From positions 186,001-250,000 of the forward strand of contig JAHLTZ010000024.1 in NCBI GenBank assembly GCA_025786725.1: DNA of 64,000 nucleotides, written 5' to 3'. This document shows, one piece after another, positions 1 to 12,495 of this stretch. The notes below the pieces were generated by a model. The model did not search any database. It saw only the letters and a program-made list of their open reading frames with translations, and had not been told where the DNA came from. Each line of letters begins with the position of its first letter. Position 1 is the first letter of the stretch. The translations under genes were made by a program, and so were the position numbers. The DNA is from Syncephalis fuscata S228 (Eukaryota > Fungi > Zoopagomycota).

Positions 1-284
1 GACGAGGCCGTATTCTCTCAATGGACGACGACAGTGATGATTTAACCAACCAACAAGAATCTACATTTACATCTACAGCAGCATTAAAGCACGATACCAA
101 TACAGCTTTAGCACAGCATCGACGTTTATCGGCCTCGGTTCCATTAGCGGGATTACTTGGCTATGCATCTGCATTAAGGTCGCTTACCGCGGGTACTGGT
201 ACTTTCACTATGGAACTCTATGGCTATGGCTCATTGTCAGCCACTCAACAACAAGCAATTCTAACAGAGATGCGCGGTTATTAG
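1..284 (+). CDS. MEF2: 3' end of mitochondrial elongation factor G2 / ribosome-releasing factor 2 (EF-G domain V), partial
   Basis: Frame from nt 3 reads RGRILS...ASVPLAGLLGYASALRSLTAGTGTFTMELYGY...*, which is EF-G domain V. The low-complexity insertion after RGRILS and the GYASALRSLTAG motif fit EF-G2 better than EF-G1. Confidence 0.75.
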   Translation, partial: RGRILSMDDDSDDLTNQQESTFTSTAALKHDTNTALAQHRRLSASVPLAGLLGYASALRSLTAGTGTFTMELYGYGSLSATQQQAILTEMRGY

Positions 285-1980
285 ATAGTATACTATTTGT
301 ATAGAAATATATTGCTGCATATTGGCTGGTTTATTCTTTTTGTTTTATAATAGACTTTTAACTTGATGAATATGCTGTGTTTGATTACAAACCCAATACG
401 TCGATTTGTACAGGTCTGGTGATAACTTAATTTGACTCCGATATACTTAAATGACGACAATACCAACAACAACAACACAATAGTGATTTTAATAGTAGCA
501 TGTTAATAATGATAATAGTAATCGCAATAATGATATTAGTCAATTAATAACAATAGTAATAATGTTACCTTTATTAATAGATTAATAGTAATAATATTAA
601 CTTTGTAATCGATATGTTTATTTGATATGCACACACACACACAACACTTTGATTTCCCCACCTGATCAAATACCCGCAGTTTCTTTCTCCAGTTCATATT
701 TGCTCTCATTCTTTTTAACTCTTTATTCTCTCTTCTCTCTTCTCTTCTATCTATTTCTCTCTATTTCTACCGTTATCGTACGTCCTTGGTTTGTCGGGTA
801 GGCACTATTAAATTGATTGCTACTGTGCTTTGTTTGCATTGCTGTTCGTCGCTTAGTCCTGCCCTATCGCATAAATAGTTACTGCTGTTGCTATCTTCTA
901 ACAACAGCGATCAAGTAACTCGATAGCAAAAGCGTATTGGACTGATTTCTTATCCCAGTGACGAACGAGGCCTTTAAGATCTACAATAGCGGTGGTGATT
1001 TCATAGCGTCATTGCTGCATATAGTCTCTTGTTTAATCAATCGATCTATTACTGGCAGTGTATAAAATAACACCCTTGTTTGCCAGGCGTTCTCTTTTTG
1101 TTATATCGTCATAGCTTTTTGACCATATCACCTGCTTAACTTTCCTCTTTCTCACTTCCCACTGACTTCTTACTTACTCCACTTGCTCACCACTCTCTTC
1201 TTTCTCACTTTCTTCCTCGTCACTACTACCATCACTACTTCATCGCCTTAGCCCATCTACTATACTTTCACACAAGCAATAACAGCAGCGCACGTAAAGA
1301 GTGGACACACGCACAAGCGCACGCACAAACACACATAACCAGAGTACAATCGCGTATTTTGCTTCTTTGCGTTTCCTGTGTGTTTATAGCATACATTCAC
1401 GCTTTTTACGCTCAATATTACGTTGCCTCCAGTACAGTAAGTAGTTGGTCAATACACCGCTGCGAGATGAGAAATTCCTATACGCATAGTCATAGTCATT
1501 GTCCTGTATAACATGACTTTTATTTTTTACGCATCATCTCATCATAGATGGCAAGTCTATTTAATAGTAAAATGTTGATGCGCAGCCATAAGGCTAATAA
1601 CAGCATTGCTGTGGGTTTATGTTGTAGTAGATGTTCACTGTAGCCACTCTAGAACAATTTTCTTGTACAAAGAGGCACACGTGGGCTACATAGCGCGAGT
1701 ACTCACACGTGGACAACGATCAAGTACTGTCCTCTCTAGTAGCCCCTTCATCTAATTGCTTGTTGTAACTCTTTTTCTCTTCATACGTTTACTGTACTAT
1801 TCGTCTTTTTCATTCTCACTTAATTTCAATCATTTGCTTACTGATTCCGCTGTATTAATGCAAAATCTCATTCTGTTACTTACATTCTGACTAATATAGC
1901 CTCTTGTTCTTTTGACCATTCGTTATCGCATACTGCCCGTTTTACAGCAAACAGTTTAGAATTGGTCGACAAATTGTGTT

Positions 1981-4659
1981 ATGATGGCGAGTAACAGAAA
2001 TCAAGCTACTGCCGCCGCGGCCACCACGGCCACGTCTACTGCTCCGGCTGCCGGCAATGGCACCAGCCGACACGCGGACTCGACTCGAGGTACGGTTAAT
2101 GGCGTTCGATTGTTTGGTAAGTATTGCTTACTGCACTATAATTCTTTTGTTGTTGTTGCTGTTGCTATTGTTGTTGCTATTACAAAATGCATGTTTGTGG
2201 ATAGCATCAATTATACGGCAATATTACGCGACATCAGTGATACAACGTCATCTTGTATATTGACGGCGTGTAAACGACCAACAAAAGGATCTATAGAAGG
2301 AGGGGCAACTTACAGTGAATATTGTGCCAACAACTTTGCTTAAAAGTATTTAGCAATAATGACATAGAATTGCAGTCACTGTTGTTAAGCTTTATTATAG
2401 CTGTACATGCTGTTATTCTGCTAAATGGCTTGCTGTACAACACATGTACTGCTGCTATAACTGCCCCTTTTTGCTTCACTCTGACCTTGCATTCTGCCCA
2501 GCCATAACAGTGTTAAGACGCTAATTTTGCAATGGCATTGATAGCTGCAACTTTGTAAAGAGGTTAGACTGCACTACTAACGCAAAGACGGTAGATAGTT
2601 AACACAGATAAAGACTCTGTTGTTAATAGGTGGGGTGTGGCAGTTATTCGGGTCCCAGTAAAAGGATTGGCAAAGATATTGAATATACTAGTCGTAAAAG
2701 CGACCATACAATATTTAATTGCAAAGCAATATAATATTATATTTGTTTGTTTGTTTGTTTTGCCTTAATCCTACTATCTTTTACTATTCAAATGATACTT
2801 TGTTGTTCACTAGAGCAACCAATCATTATTATTGCAGTCCTTCTCTTCTCCCCCCCCTCAACCAACTGTTATGTTGCGTAAAATAAGAAGCCAATTGGCA
2901 TTGTTACTTCCTTGTCGTACAATTTGCCATATCCGATATAATTCATGTGAACAACTGTCTAGCTCGACAGCAGAATTATCGGTACATCAATATCATCAAA
3001 CAAATGCATTTTGGAGAGTGAAAGCATGGAGGCTATGTTTTGTTGATTGTTCATTGAGTAATATTATTTCTGATTATTGATGCGCCTAATGCCATGTTTA
3101 TTTAATCAAAATATAAATACTTACATTATTAATTATTTATAGATCCACTTCGTGTTGTCACGGTCACTGCCAGCGATGGTTCATCAGGAGAACCTAAAGA
3201 AATTTCTTACACAAACTGTCGCGTTATTGGCAATGGCTCGTTTGGTGTTGTATTCCAGGCCAAATTAGTCGGATCCAACGAGGACGTCGCTATAAAAAAA
3301 GTGTTGCAAGATCGCCGTTTTAAGGTAAATGAATTAAATTATCATTATTATAATTATTATATTAATGATTTATTTAATAATTCAATATTAAATAGAATCG
3401 GGAACTACAAATAATGCGAGATGTCTCCCATACAAATATTGTGGCTCTGCGTGCATTCTTTTATTCACATGGAGATAATGTAAGTTTTGATTACTAAGCA
3501 CGGTGAAATATTCAACTTACACATTTGTTTGTAAACCAATGCCATATAATTATAGCGTGACGAAGTGTTTTTAAATCTTGTTCAAGAATACGTTCCTGAG
3601 ACGGTATATCGTGCCTGTAGAAACTATACGCGTGCCAAGCAATTTATGCCGATGCTACTTGTTAAATTGTATATGTACCAGCTGTTCCGCTCATTGGCCT
3701 ATATTCACACACTTGGTATCTGCCATCGGGATATTAAGCCACAGAATCTTCTACTTAATCCAACTAGCGGTGTGTTAAAGCTATGTGATTTTGGCAGGTA
3801 AGTATTCGATATTGCTGGTATTGTTATTCATCTACAACCGTTACTAACCGTTGTATACCAGTGCCAAGATGTTAGTACCGGGCGAACCTAATGTTGCCTA
3901 CATCTGTTCGCGTTACTATCGAGCACCCGAGTTGATCTTTGGGGCAACCAACTATACGACAAGTATTGGTAAGTTATATTGGCTGTATAGCTGTATAACC
4001 ATTTTATTTAATTAACTAACTTACTAATCACATAATTGATTAATATCTATTAATTAATAGATATTTGGTCAACAGGCTGTGTAATGGCTGAATTAATGCT
4101 TGGTCAACCACTATTCCCTGGTGAATCAGGCATCGACCAATTAGTAGAAATTATTAAAGTGTTGGGCACACCTACACGCGATCAAATTCGTACAATGAAT
4201 CCCAACTATATGGAACATCGCTTCCCGCAAATTAAACCGCATCCATTTACTCGTGTATTCCGTGCTCGCACACCACCTGAGGCTATTGATCTTATCTCGT
4301 TGCTGCTTCAGTATACGCCTGGGTCTAGATTGACCGCTATTGAGTCAATGATCCATCCTTTCTTTGATGAACTACGCGATCCAACTACAACATTACCTGA
4401 TGGCAATCCACTTCCTTCGCTATTTGATTTTACGGAACTTGGTAAGTTATAATGATATAACTATATAGCAATAGTCTTTTGAATACTAATATTTATTTGT
4501 CATTGTTGTTATTGCTATTCAATAGAATTATCAATCCAGCCTGAATTAAATGCCCAACTAGTACCAGAACATGCCAAACCGGCTCTTCTTGCTCGTGGCA
4601 TCAATCTGGATACGTTTGTTCCGTTAGATCGTGCACAGATGCGTATTCGACTGGACTAA
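1981..4659 (+). CDS. GSK3: Glycogen synthase kinase-3 family Ser/Thr kinase (spliced)
   Basis: Exon 1 is 1981-2116, followed by a ~1-kb intron. From 3143 the exons read [27 protein letters not shown]|[45 protein letters not shown] and [21 protein letters not shown]. Stop TAA at 4657-4659. Confidence 0.95.
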
Positions 4660-4809
4660 TACCACACACAACACGCCATAGAATGGGCAATAACTTGAAT
4701 TAAGCTATTATTCCCTATCCACCTGTGTTTAGATACACTATACTTCATTTTTTACCTATTGTAGCTGTTATAGGGGACCGATTTGTATTTGCGTTCCTTT
4801 TCTACTAAC

Positions 4810-4915
4810 TGCTACTATTGTTGCTGCTGTTGTTGTCATCGTCATCGTCATCGCCATTATTGTTGTTGTTGTTGTTGTTGTTGTTATTGTTGTCATCGTT
4901 GCTACCATCGTTGCT
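4810..4915 (+). repeat. (TTG)n/(TCG/TCA)n microsatellite tract downstream of GSK3
   Basis: Run tgttgttgttgttgttgttgttgtt flanked by tcatcgtcatcg repeats; it explains several low-complexity spurious ORFs. Confidence 0.85.
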
Positions 4916-5325
4916 GCACACGTATTTTCATCATTTTCTTTCTGAGGCATTCCTCAGGGAGCTAACGTTGCCTTTTTTCCTACCGTCTTTGTTCCTATTG
5001 TTGCATCGACATATCTAATCTATATTGGCGCTGTCGAGCCTTTCCTTTTTTGAATTCTCACGTTCATACTGACGTGCATGTGTCCACTCTACTACTATTG
5101 CTACTGTCGATGCTATTTTAAGAGATTAGATCATTTCTAGTTAACACTATTAATCCGCATCAAATATCACGTGAACTGAATCTCCTAACATTGTTTGCTA
5201 AGGATCAAAGTCCCCTTGAACAACTGTCTACCTCACCATTATTACCATTGCTCTTCCATTGTTATTACTATTGTCGTTATTTCAAATACACAACACGTTC
5301 AGAATTACTAGTAAACTTGTTTATC

Positions 5326-7834
5326 ATGGTGTTACGTGCTATTCAGCGCCAAGTAGCTACGGCGAATACACGATGCAGTTTAAACGCGTCGCTGAGACGC
5401 TTGTCCTTAAGAACATCCACTGCTGTATCGTGTCATCGCCCACTTAGCTCTGTGGCGAGCAATCGCCTTGCATTGTCTCAATCTACACGTGTAAGCGTAC
5501 AGCCACGTGCATTGCATACAACGGCCACCACAAAGGCTACCGAGGAAGAAGTCGATCCTCGTTTGACAGAGGAGCGATTTGTTGACGAGGCTGACGTCGT
5601 CATTGTGGGTGGTGGTCCGGCTGGTCTGGCGGCAGCCATTCGACTTAAACAGCTTGAAAAGGAGGCTGGCAATGATATACGCGTGGTGGTTGTAGAGAAG
5701 GCAGCAGAGATTGGTATGATGAACAAACCTGCTACAAGTATATAAAAACTAAACCGTTTATTCTAGGTGCTCATACATTGTCGGGTGCTATACTGGAGCC
5801 AAGAGCGCTAAATGAACTACTACCCAACTGGAAAGAGCTAGGTGTAAGTATAAGCCAATAAATGTATTAACGCTATTACATTATTAACCTTTATTAATAC
5901 TTGTAATACTTGCAATGATTGTTATTCTAATGGATAGGCACCACTTAACCAACCGGTAAAGGAAGATCATTTTTATTTCTTGACCAAAAACTACTCCATT
6001 CCAATGCCCCACCCACCACAAATGCAAAATAGTGGCAATTATATTGTTAGTTTAAGCAATGTTGTCAAATGGCTGGGCGAACAAGCTGAATCAATGGGTG
6101 TAGAAGTCTATGCTGGCTATGGTGGTAAAGAAGTATGTACAATAAAATGTATGATTTATACAGCTATTAAATTATATATTTAGGTGATTTACGATGAGGC
6201 AGGCAATGTAAAAGGCATTGCTACTAATGATGTTGGTATTAACAAGTATGGAAAGCCTACGGTAAGTATTAATGCTATAATCCATCCATTTTACTAATCA
6301 TGGTTCAAATGAAGGAAAATTTCCAACGTGGTATGGAAATTCACGCAAAAGTGACACTATTTGCCGAAGGATGTCATGGATCATTGACTAAGCAGCTAAT
6401 CAAAAAGTACGACCTTCGCAAGAATGCACAGCATCAAACTTATGGCATTGGTCTAAAAGAGGTTGGTTGGCCATTTAGTGCTAACAGTAGCAGTATAGTT
6501 AGATTGATCAATTTATCACTAGTTATGGGAAGTAGATCCGGCCAAGTTCCGTCCTGGCTATGCAATGCACTCTATGGGCTGGCCACTTGATACTGAAACG
6601 TATGGCGGATCATTTATGTATCATTTCGATAAGAACTTGGTGAGCTTGGGATTAGTTGTTGGCCTAGACTATCAAAATCCTTATTTGAATCCATACCAAG
6701 AGTTCCAGGTAAGTTATTAGTACATGCCATTAAATGATATTCATATTAATAAAATGATAAGCGTATGAAACTACATCCAGCGTTTAAGCCAACTCTTGAA
6801 GGTGGTCGCTGTATTGCTTATGGTGCCCGTGCATTGAATGAAGGTGGATTACAGGTATTTGTAATGCACATACAGCATCTATATTTTATTAATGGTTCTA
6901 TCTTGTTACTAGTCGGTGCCACAACTCTACTTCCCTGGAGGCGCATTGATTGGTTGTACAGCAGGCTTTGTTAATGTACCAAAGGTCAAAGGCACTCATA
7001 CAGCTATGAAAACAGGTAATCAATACTATTTTGTTATTAAATTGTACATATAATAAAATAGCACATACTCACAATCTACTATTTAGGTATGATGGCTGCT
7101 GAGGCTACATTTAAAGCAATTACAAACGAGGCCGCATCAAGTAGCCCAGTTGTATTGTCGGATATGAGGAGGCGTTTAAAAAGTCGTGGGTTTATGATGA
7201 ATTGTACGAAGTAAGAAACATTCGCCCATCGTTCCATGGCCCACTTGGCTTCATTGGCGGTTTCATGTGGAGTGGTATTGATTCGACCATTTTACGTGGA
7301 CGCGTTCCATTTACTTTCCCACATCCAAAACCAGACTATGCAATGCTGACACCAGCCAGGTAAGTCGGCCATTTAACTATACCCGTTGTTGTTAATTATA
7401 ACAATCCATTTAGCCGGGCCAAGAAGATTGAGTACGAGAAGCCAGATGGTGTTATTACATTTAGACTTTTGGACAATCTATTCCTTTCGGGTACCAACCA
7501 TGAAGAGGACCAGCCGTCGCATTTAGTACTAAAGAACAAATCAGTGCCCGTTGAACGTAACCTTAAGGTGTTTGATGGACCAGAAAGTCGGTTCTGCCCA
7601 GGTAATTTCAACTAAAAATAGGTGTGACATTGTGTAACAATGTTTGCTAATTGTTTTTAATTAGCTGGTGTCTATGAATATGTTGATGATCAACAGAAGC
7701 CAGGAGAGAAACGACTACAAGTGAATTCACAAAACTGCCTTCATTGCAAGACATGCGATATTAAAGATCCATCCCAGAATATTGACTGGACAGTGCCAGA
7801 AGGTGGCGGTGGTCCACAATACAGCTACACGTAA
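5326..7834 (+). CDS. ETFDH: Electron transfer flavoprotein-ubiquinone oxidoreductase, mitochondrial (spliced; apparent 1-nt deletion near 7162)
   Basis: Arg/Ser-rich presequence, FAD motif [20 protein letters not shown], then [30 protein letters not shown] and the Fe-S motif [33 protein letters not shown]. Stop at 7832-7834. Confidence 0.95.
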
Positions 7835-8510
7835 TATGGCAATAAAGAGATGGTTTAACTGTTAATAAACGCCCATTCACTATGAAATACTATTCAAATA
7901 CTTAAGAATGAACATTGTCAACATGCCACAGTCATTGTTTTGAATGCATAGAAATACTAATATTATAAATAAATTTACAACATTGCTATAATTGATATAC
8001 CTGTTTGGTTTGAGCTCCTTGTTTTGTACAAGGCACACGACATGCATGCCATGAACACGGGACCATTGACCATTGACCCCGATTCAATTGGGCACTCAGC
8101 TTATTTCTATGTTATACCGCCTTAGTATATTTAAGATAAATGGTATCAATATATTGTAATGAAGGCTGTTTTACTTTACGCCTTTTAATGTGTTTAATAG
8201 ATAAATAAATGTTAATTGGTATATTTGAATATCTGCAATTACTATAATACTTGTGCTAATCCTTATTATTAAACCCCTTTGTTCATAAACTGTATGTGCC
8301 CAAAAGGGTAGTCACACATTTATTGGTCTACCAAGGTGAAAGGAATCTTAACCGGTTTTAAATCATCTCCGTTAATGATATGTCTAGCTATATTGGCAAT
8401 ATTTATAAAGCCTTTGGTTAGCTGCTTAAACCACTATTCTTAATTTACATTCACCACTACCTATATTACCATTATACATCGCATACTCAATAAACAACTA
8501 AACCAAAACT

Positions 8511-10093
8511 ATGCAGCTTTCTGACTTCACTTTGATAGCAAATCTACTTGCAATTATAAGCTGTACTAGTCTTACCTTCTTGCCCACAGTACTTGGACAG
8601 CAACTGTTCAACTAAAAGCACACGGACAAACAGATACATTCATTGTTGGTTATATTAATCAAAATGGCGCTACATCCGATAAAGTTACACTGTCAGCAAC
8701 CGCTCTTGGTCCAGGTCTTCAGTTGTCGGCGGTTCCCAACTCTCAAGACGGCTCTAATAATGGTGCGCAGGCGTGCCGAATCACCACTAGCCAGGCAGTC
8801 TGGAACAATCTAGCTAAAGTCTGGATTGATACAAATACGAAGGTTATGGACGATGCATGGAAAGTTGCCTTCACTTATGGCTACGATGCTCCGCCGGTTA
8901 TTTTCGAAAATAACATGCGCTTTATTCCTTCACACTTGCTAGCTGCTGGCCAGGTTATTACTGGTGCAATCCGGCCATTGAATGTAGATAATGAGCCATT
9001 GCAAATTGGAGACGATGGTGGAATTCGCTACTCAGGAAACCCATTATTTGCCATCGATTGTGCCGATGCAGCCAGTGCAAACGCTAAGACATGGGATGAT
9101 GCAGATAACGAAAGCTTTAAAAAAGCCTCAGTCCTCAAGAGACGTCGTGTTGTTGCCATTGGTGATTTGCACGGCGATGCTGAAAATGGCATAGCAGTAA
9201 TGCGCATGGCTAAAATAGTTGATGCACAAAATAGATGGATTGGCGGAAACACTGTTTTTGTTCAAACGGTAGGTGATTGACAATCATATTACTTCACACT
9301 AATCATTGTTTATATTAGGGCGATGTAGTTAACCGTGGACCGGATACCATTGAATTGCTTAATTTGCTTGATTCTCTGGCATCACAAGCTATCAAGGCTG
9401 GCGGTCGAGTATGTTGTTTAAAACTTTATGTTTAAACTAGCTAACTTAGTTAATTAGGTCATACAACTTCTTGGCAATCATGAACTTATGGACATTGGTG
9501 GTGAAACTAAGCATGTTAGTGAGGCTGATTTCAAGACATTTGGAACCAAAGAAAATTACAAACATGCGTTCCAAGCCAATGGATCATTGGGTAAACGACT
9601 ATTTAAATTACCAGTTGTGCACCGTGTTGGCGACACTGTTTTTGCCCATGGCGGTATCTCGGTAACCTGGGCCAAGGTTGGATTACGATCAACAAACGAA
9701 CAGGCTACCAAACTAATGCCGACATACTCAGAGGAGGGTGATAAGATGAGTGGCTATGAAACATCAGCCATTGGCCCTACAAGTCCCTCCTGGTTCCGTG
9801 ACTTTGCCAAAAAACCGAAAGCAAATGTCTGCGAAGACATAGCAGCATCGCTTAAAATTCTTGGTGCAAAACGCATGGTAGTTGGCCACACATTCCAGAA
9901 AAGTGGAGAAGTATTGTCGACCTGCGGTAATACATTTATTGTTATCGACGTTGGCATTTCACAGTATGTTAGAGATGTCAAGGGCAATAAGGGGCCATCA
10001 TCTCACAGAGCTTTGGAAATTAGTCCAGATGGAGTTGCCAGTGTTATTTCGCCTACAGGTCATACAGCTTTATTAATAGAAAACACAAATTAA
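8511..10093 (+). CDS. Secreted Shewanella-like (Shelph/SLP) metallophosphatase with N-terminal extension, copy 1 (1-nt deletion near 8603; GDVVNRG variant)
   Basis: Signal-like N-terminus MQLSDFTLIANLLAIISCTSLTFLPTVLG. Motifs GDLHGD, GDVVNRG, GNHE, FAHGG, MVVGHT, IDVG. Introns at 9269-9318 and 9409-9457. Confidence 0.85.
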
Positions 10094-10730
10094 TAATAAA
10101 TTAATAGTCTTAACCAACTTATTTTATTTTGCAAACTTTGTACAAGATTATACCTAATTTAATACACATAAAAATATAGCACGTAAATTATATAAACAAC
10201 ATATAAAAGCATTAATTAAAAGTAAGCTAGATGATAATTTAGTATAAACTAAACAGTCAAATACTGTTGATTCTTTGTTTATAATTCCAAATTACATTCA
10301 TAAATAATAAGCCTTCATTAAGTAAACATATAATTAACGAGACATCATATTTGATATTACGCAATACTATGATTATTTAATTATTTAATGTTTTCCACAA
10401 TGCTGCATCTCAAATGGATATTTTTTATTTATACAACTGAACGACTTTATTAAACAAATAAAGAATAACAATTCTATTTTTTATTTCATGTACATTGTAT
10501 GTTTTATAATTCTTACTTTTACCTTATTGAGACATTATAATTAATTACAGATAATTTTATTGATAAGTGACGTCCTATGGCTTTATATCTCTTGCAGCGT
10601 TTACTGTCAGGCGTTATTCTACTTTGATTTGTTGTAATATTCTATTTATTCACTTGAATTGTAGCAATATATATATTATAAATATCAATGATCAAATTGT
10701 TTAATTATATTGTAATTTGGTGGTCAAATG

Positions 10731-11485
10731 ACTATTCTTAATAACATTCAATATATTGAACATGATGATGAGTGGTGAGTGACATCAATCATCAAATACT
10801 CATCATTGTAGATTTATTATTCAGTACACATATATCCACCATTTACTTATATTATTCCCATTCTGTCACACACTACTTGTATCATTCTACGATACACTAG
10901 ACATATACTAATTATTTATGTGCGGCAATATACTTCACTCATTCCACTCATTACATTATATACGTTGTAACTTTAGCATCATTTTATATGCTTTTTTACT
11001 ATACATTCATTATTTTATATACCATTCTATACTCACTTAGCTTTGCTCTATCCAAGTCTGTTTTTTATTTTTATTCTAGATTTATTATTAACAAATGTCG
11101 ACTAATTCCGCTCATTGATCATGCATATATGCTCAATAACTTTAACATAGCTAATTGCCACTTTGCACCGTATATTCTTTATATTGCGTATCATTTTATT
11201 GTCTATTATATACGCGCTACCTATTGCAGTTATTCTTTTTGCTCTAACGCTATTATTAATAAATTTCAACTCATTCAGCTCAGTCATTTAGCAGACTATA
11301 TGTAATCGAAATTTATAACAATAAAATGTATTTAATATAGCATAAAATACTATAATAATAACAATATACAATTAAAATGATTTATATATACTGGATAATA
11401 AATCTACAATGATGAGTATTTTAAACTTCTATATTACTCACCACTTATAATCATGTTCAATAGATTGGATGTTATTAAATATAGT
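10731..11485. mobile_element. MITE-like non-autonomous element, copy A, with ~100-bp imperfect terminal inverted repeats
   Basis: 10731-10835 (..ttgaacatgatgatgagtggtgagt..aaatactcatcattgtagatttattattcagta) is the reverse complement of 11385-11485 (tactggataataaatctacaatgatgagtatt..actcaccact..catgttcaat). The interior is non-coding and homologous to 50260-50550 and 56240-56630. Confidence 0.75.
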
Positions 11486-12495
11486 GATTTGATTATTGAA
11501 TCATAATAAACGGTTTATAAATTGTTTATAAAAACAGAATATATGACAACGTAAAATGATGCACAACACACAACGTGATAGCATCGACATAAATTAATAA
11601 AATAGTCAGCTAAACAACCCACTGACACTATTGTCAAATGGACAGTACAGGTGTAGCTGTATTGGATTTAACTAACTGTAACATACTAATGATACAATAC
11701 AAATAGTCAAATGATGTCATACATCTATTGACAATCTTATTGCGAGTACATTTATGCTTTGTTTCAAGCTGTTACATTTTTTATTTTGTTAATTCTAATA
11801 GTGCTTCTATGTATAATAGAAAAAGGTTATTGATTAGCACATAAACAGGTATTCAAAAATAAATAACACTAATGTATCACAGTCGCTGTTTTAAGTATCT
11901 ATAACTGTTGTCGTGGTGATATAGGTACTACCAACAACTATATAGGCAGTTTACAAGAACATCATTATACTTAATATATTTGTACAGTCTTAACCCCTTG
12001 TTTCTGTACTAGTCAATATGATGTGCGTGTCATAGACATGAAACCATTGGCTGTTAATTCTGACCCGGTTGAACACTCGACTTACTTCTACGTTATACCA
12101 CCTCAGTATATTCAAGTCACCTGAAGTCAGGCTATTGTAGTGCAAGATGTTTTACTTTTTCATTAAATCTTTCAGCGTGTAATAAAGAAATACACGTTGG
12201 TTAGTAAATTTAGATATTTGTAACTAGTGTAATATGTCCATAATAGCCCTTATCGTTAGCCCTTTCGTTCGCAAGCCTTACGTGCCTAAAAAGGAGGTCA
12301 CACGTTTATTGCGCTGCTAGGAGAGGAAAGCAACTTTCCCGAACTGGTTTTAAATCATCTCCGCTTAAAACATGCCTAGTCACGTCAACAGTACCTATAA
12401 AACCCATGGCTAACTTCTTAAGCTGCTATCCTCATTTACACTCACCACTACCTGTATTACCTTTTCATAACAACGTACTAAAAAATTAAGTCGAA

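Noticed and set aside
4768-5018. Poly-Cys, poly-Leu and poly-Thr ORFs
   Set aside because: They are translations of a (TTG)n microsatellite downstream of GSK3.
10988-11305. Hydrophobic Tyr/Ile/Phe-rich ORFs here and at 50267-50608, 55860-56102 and 56392-56724
   Set aside because: They are chance ORFs in AT-rich DNA, mostly MITE interiors; the frames are not conserved between repeat copies.
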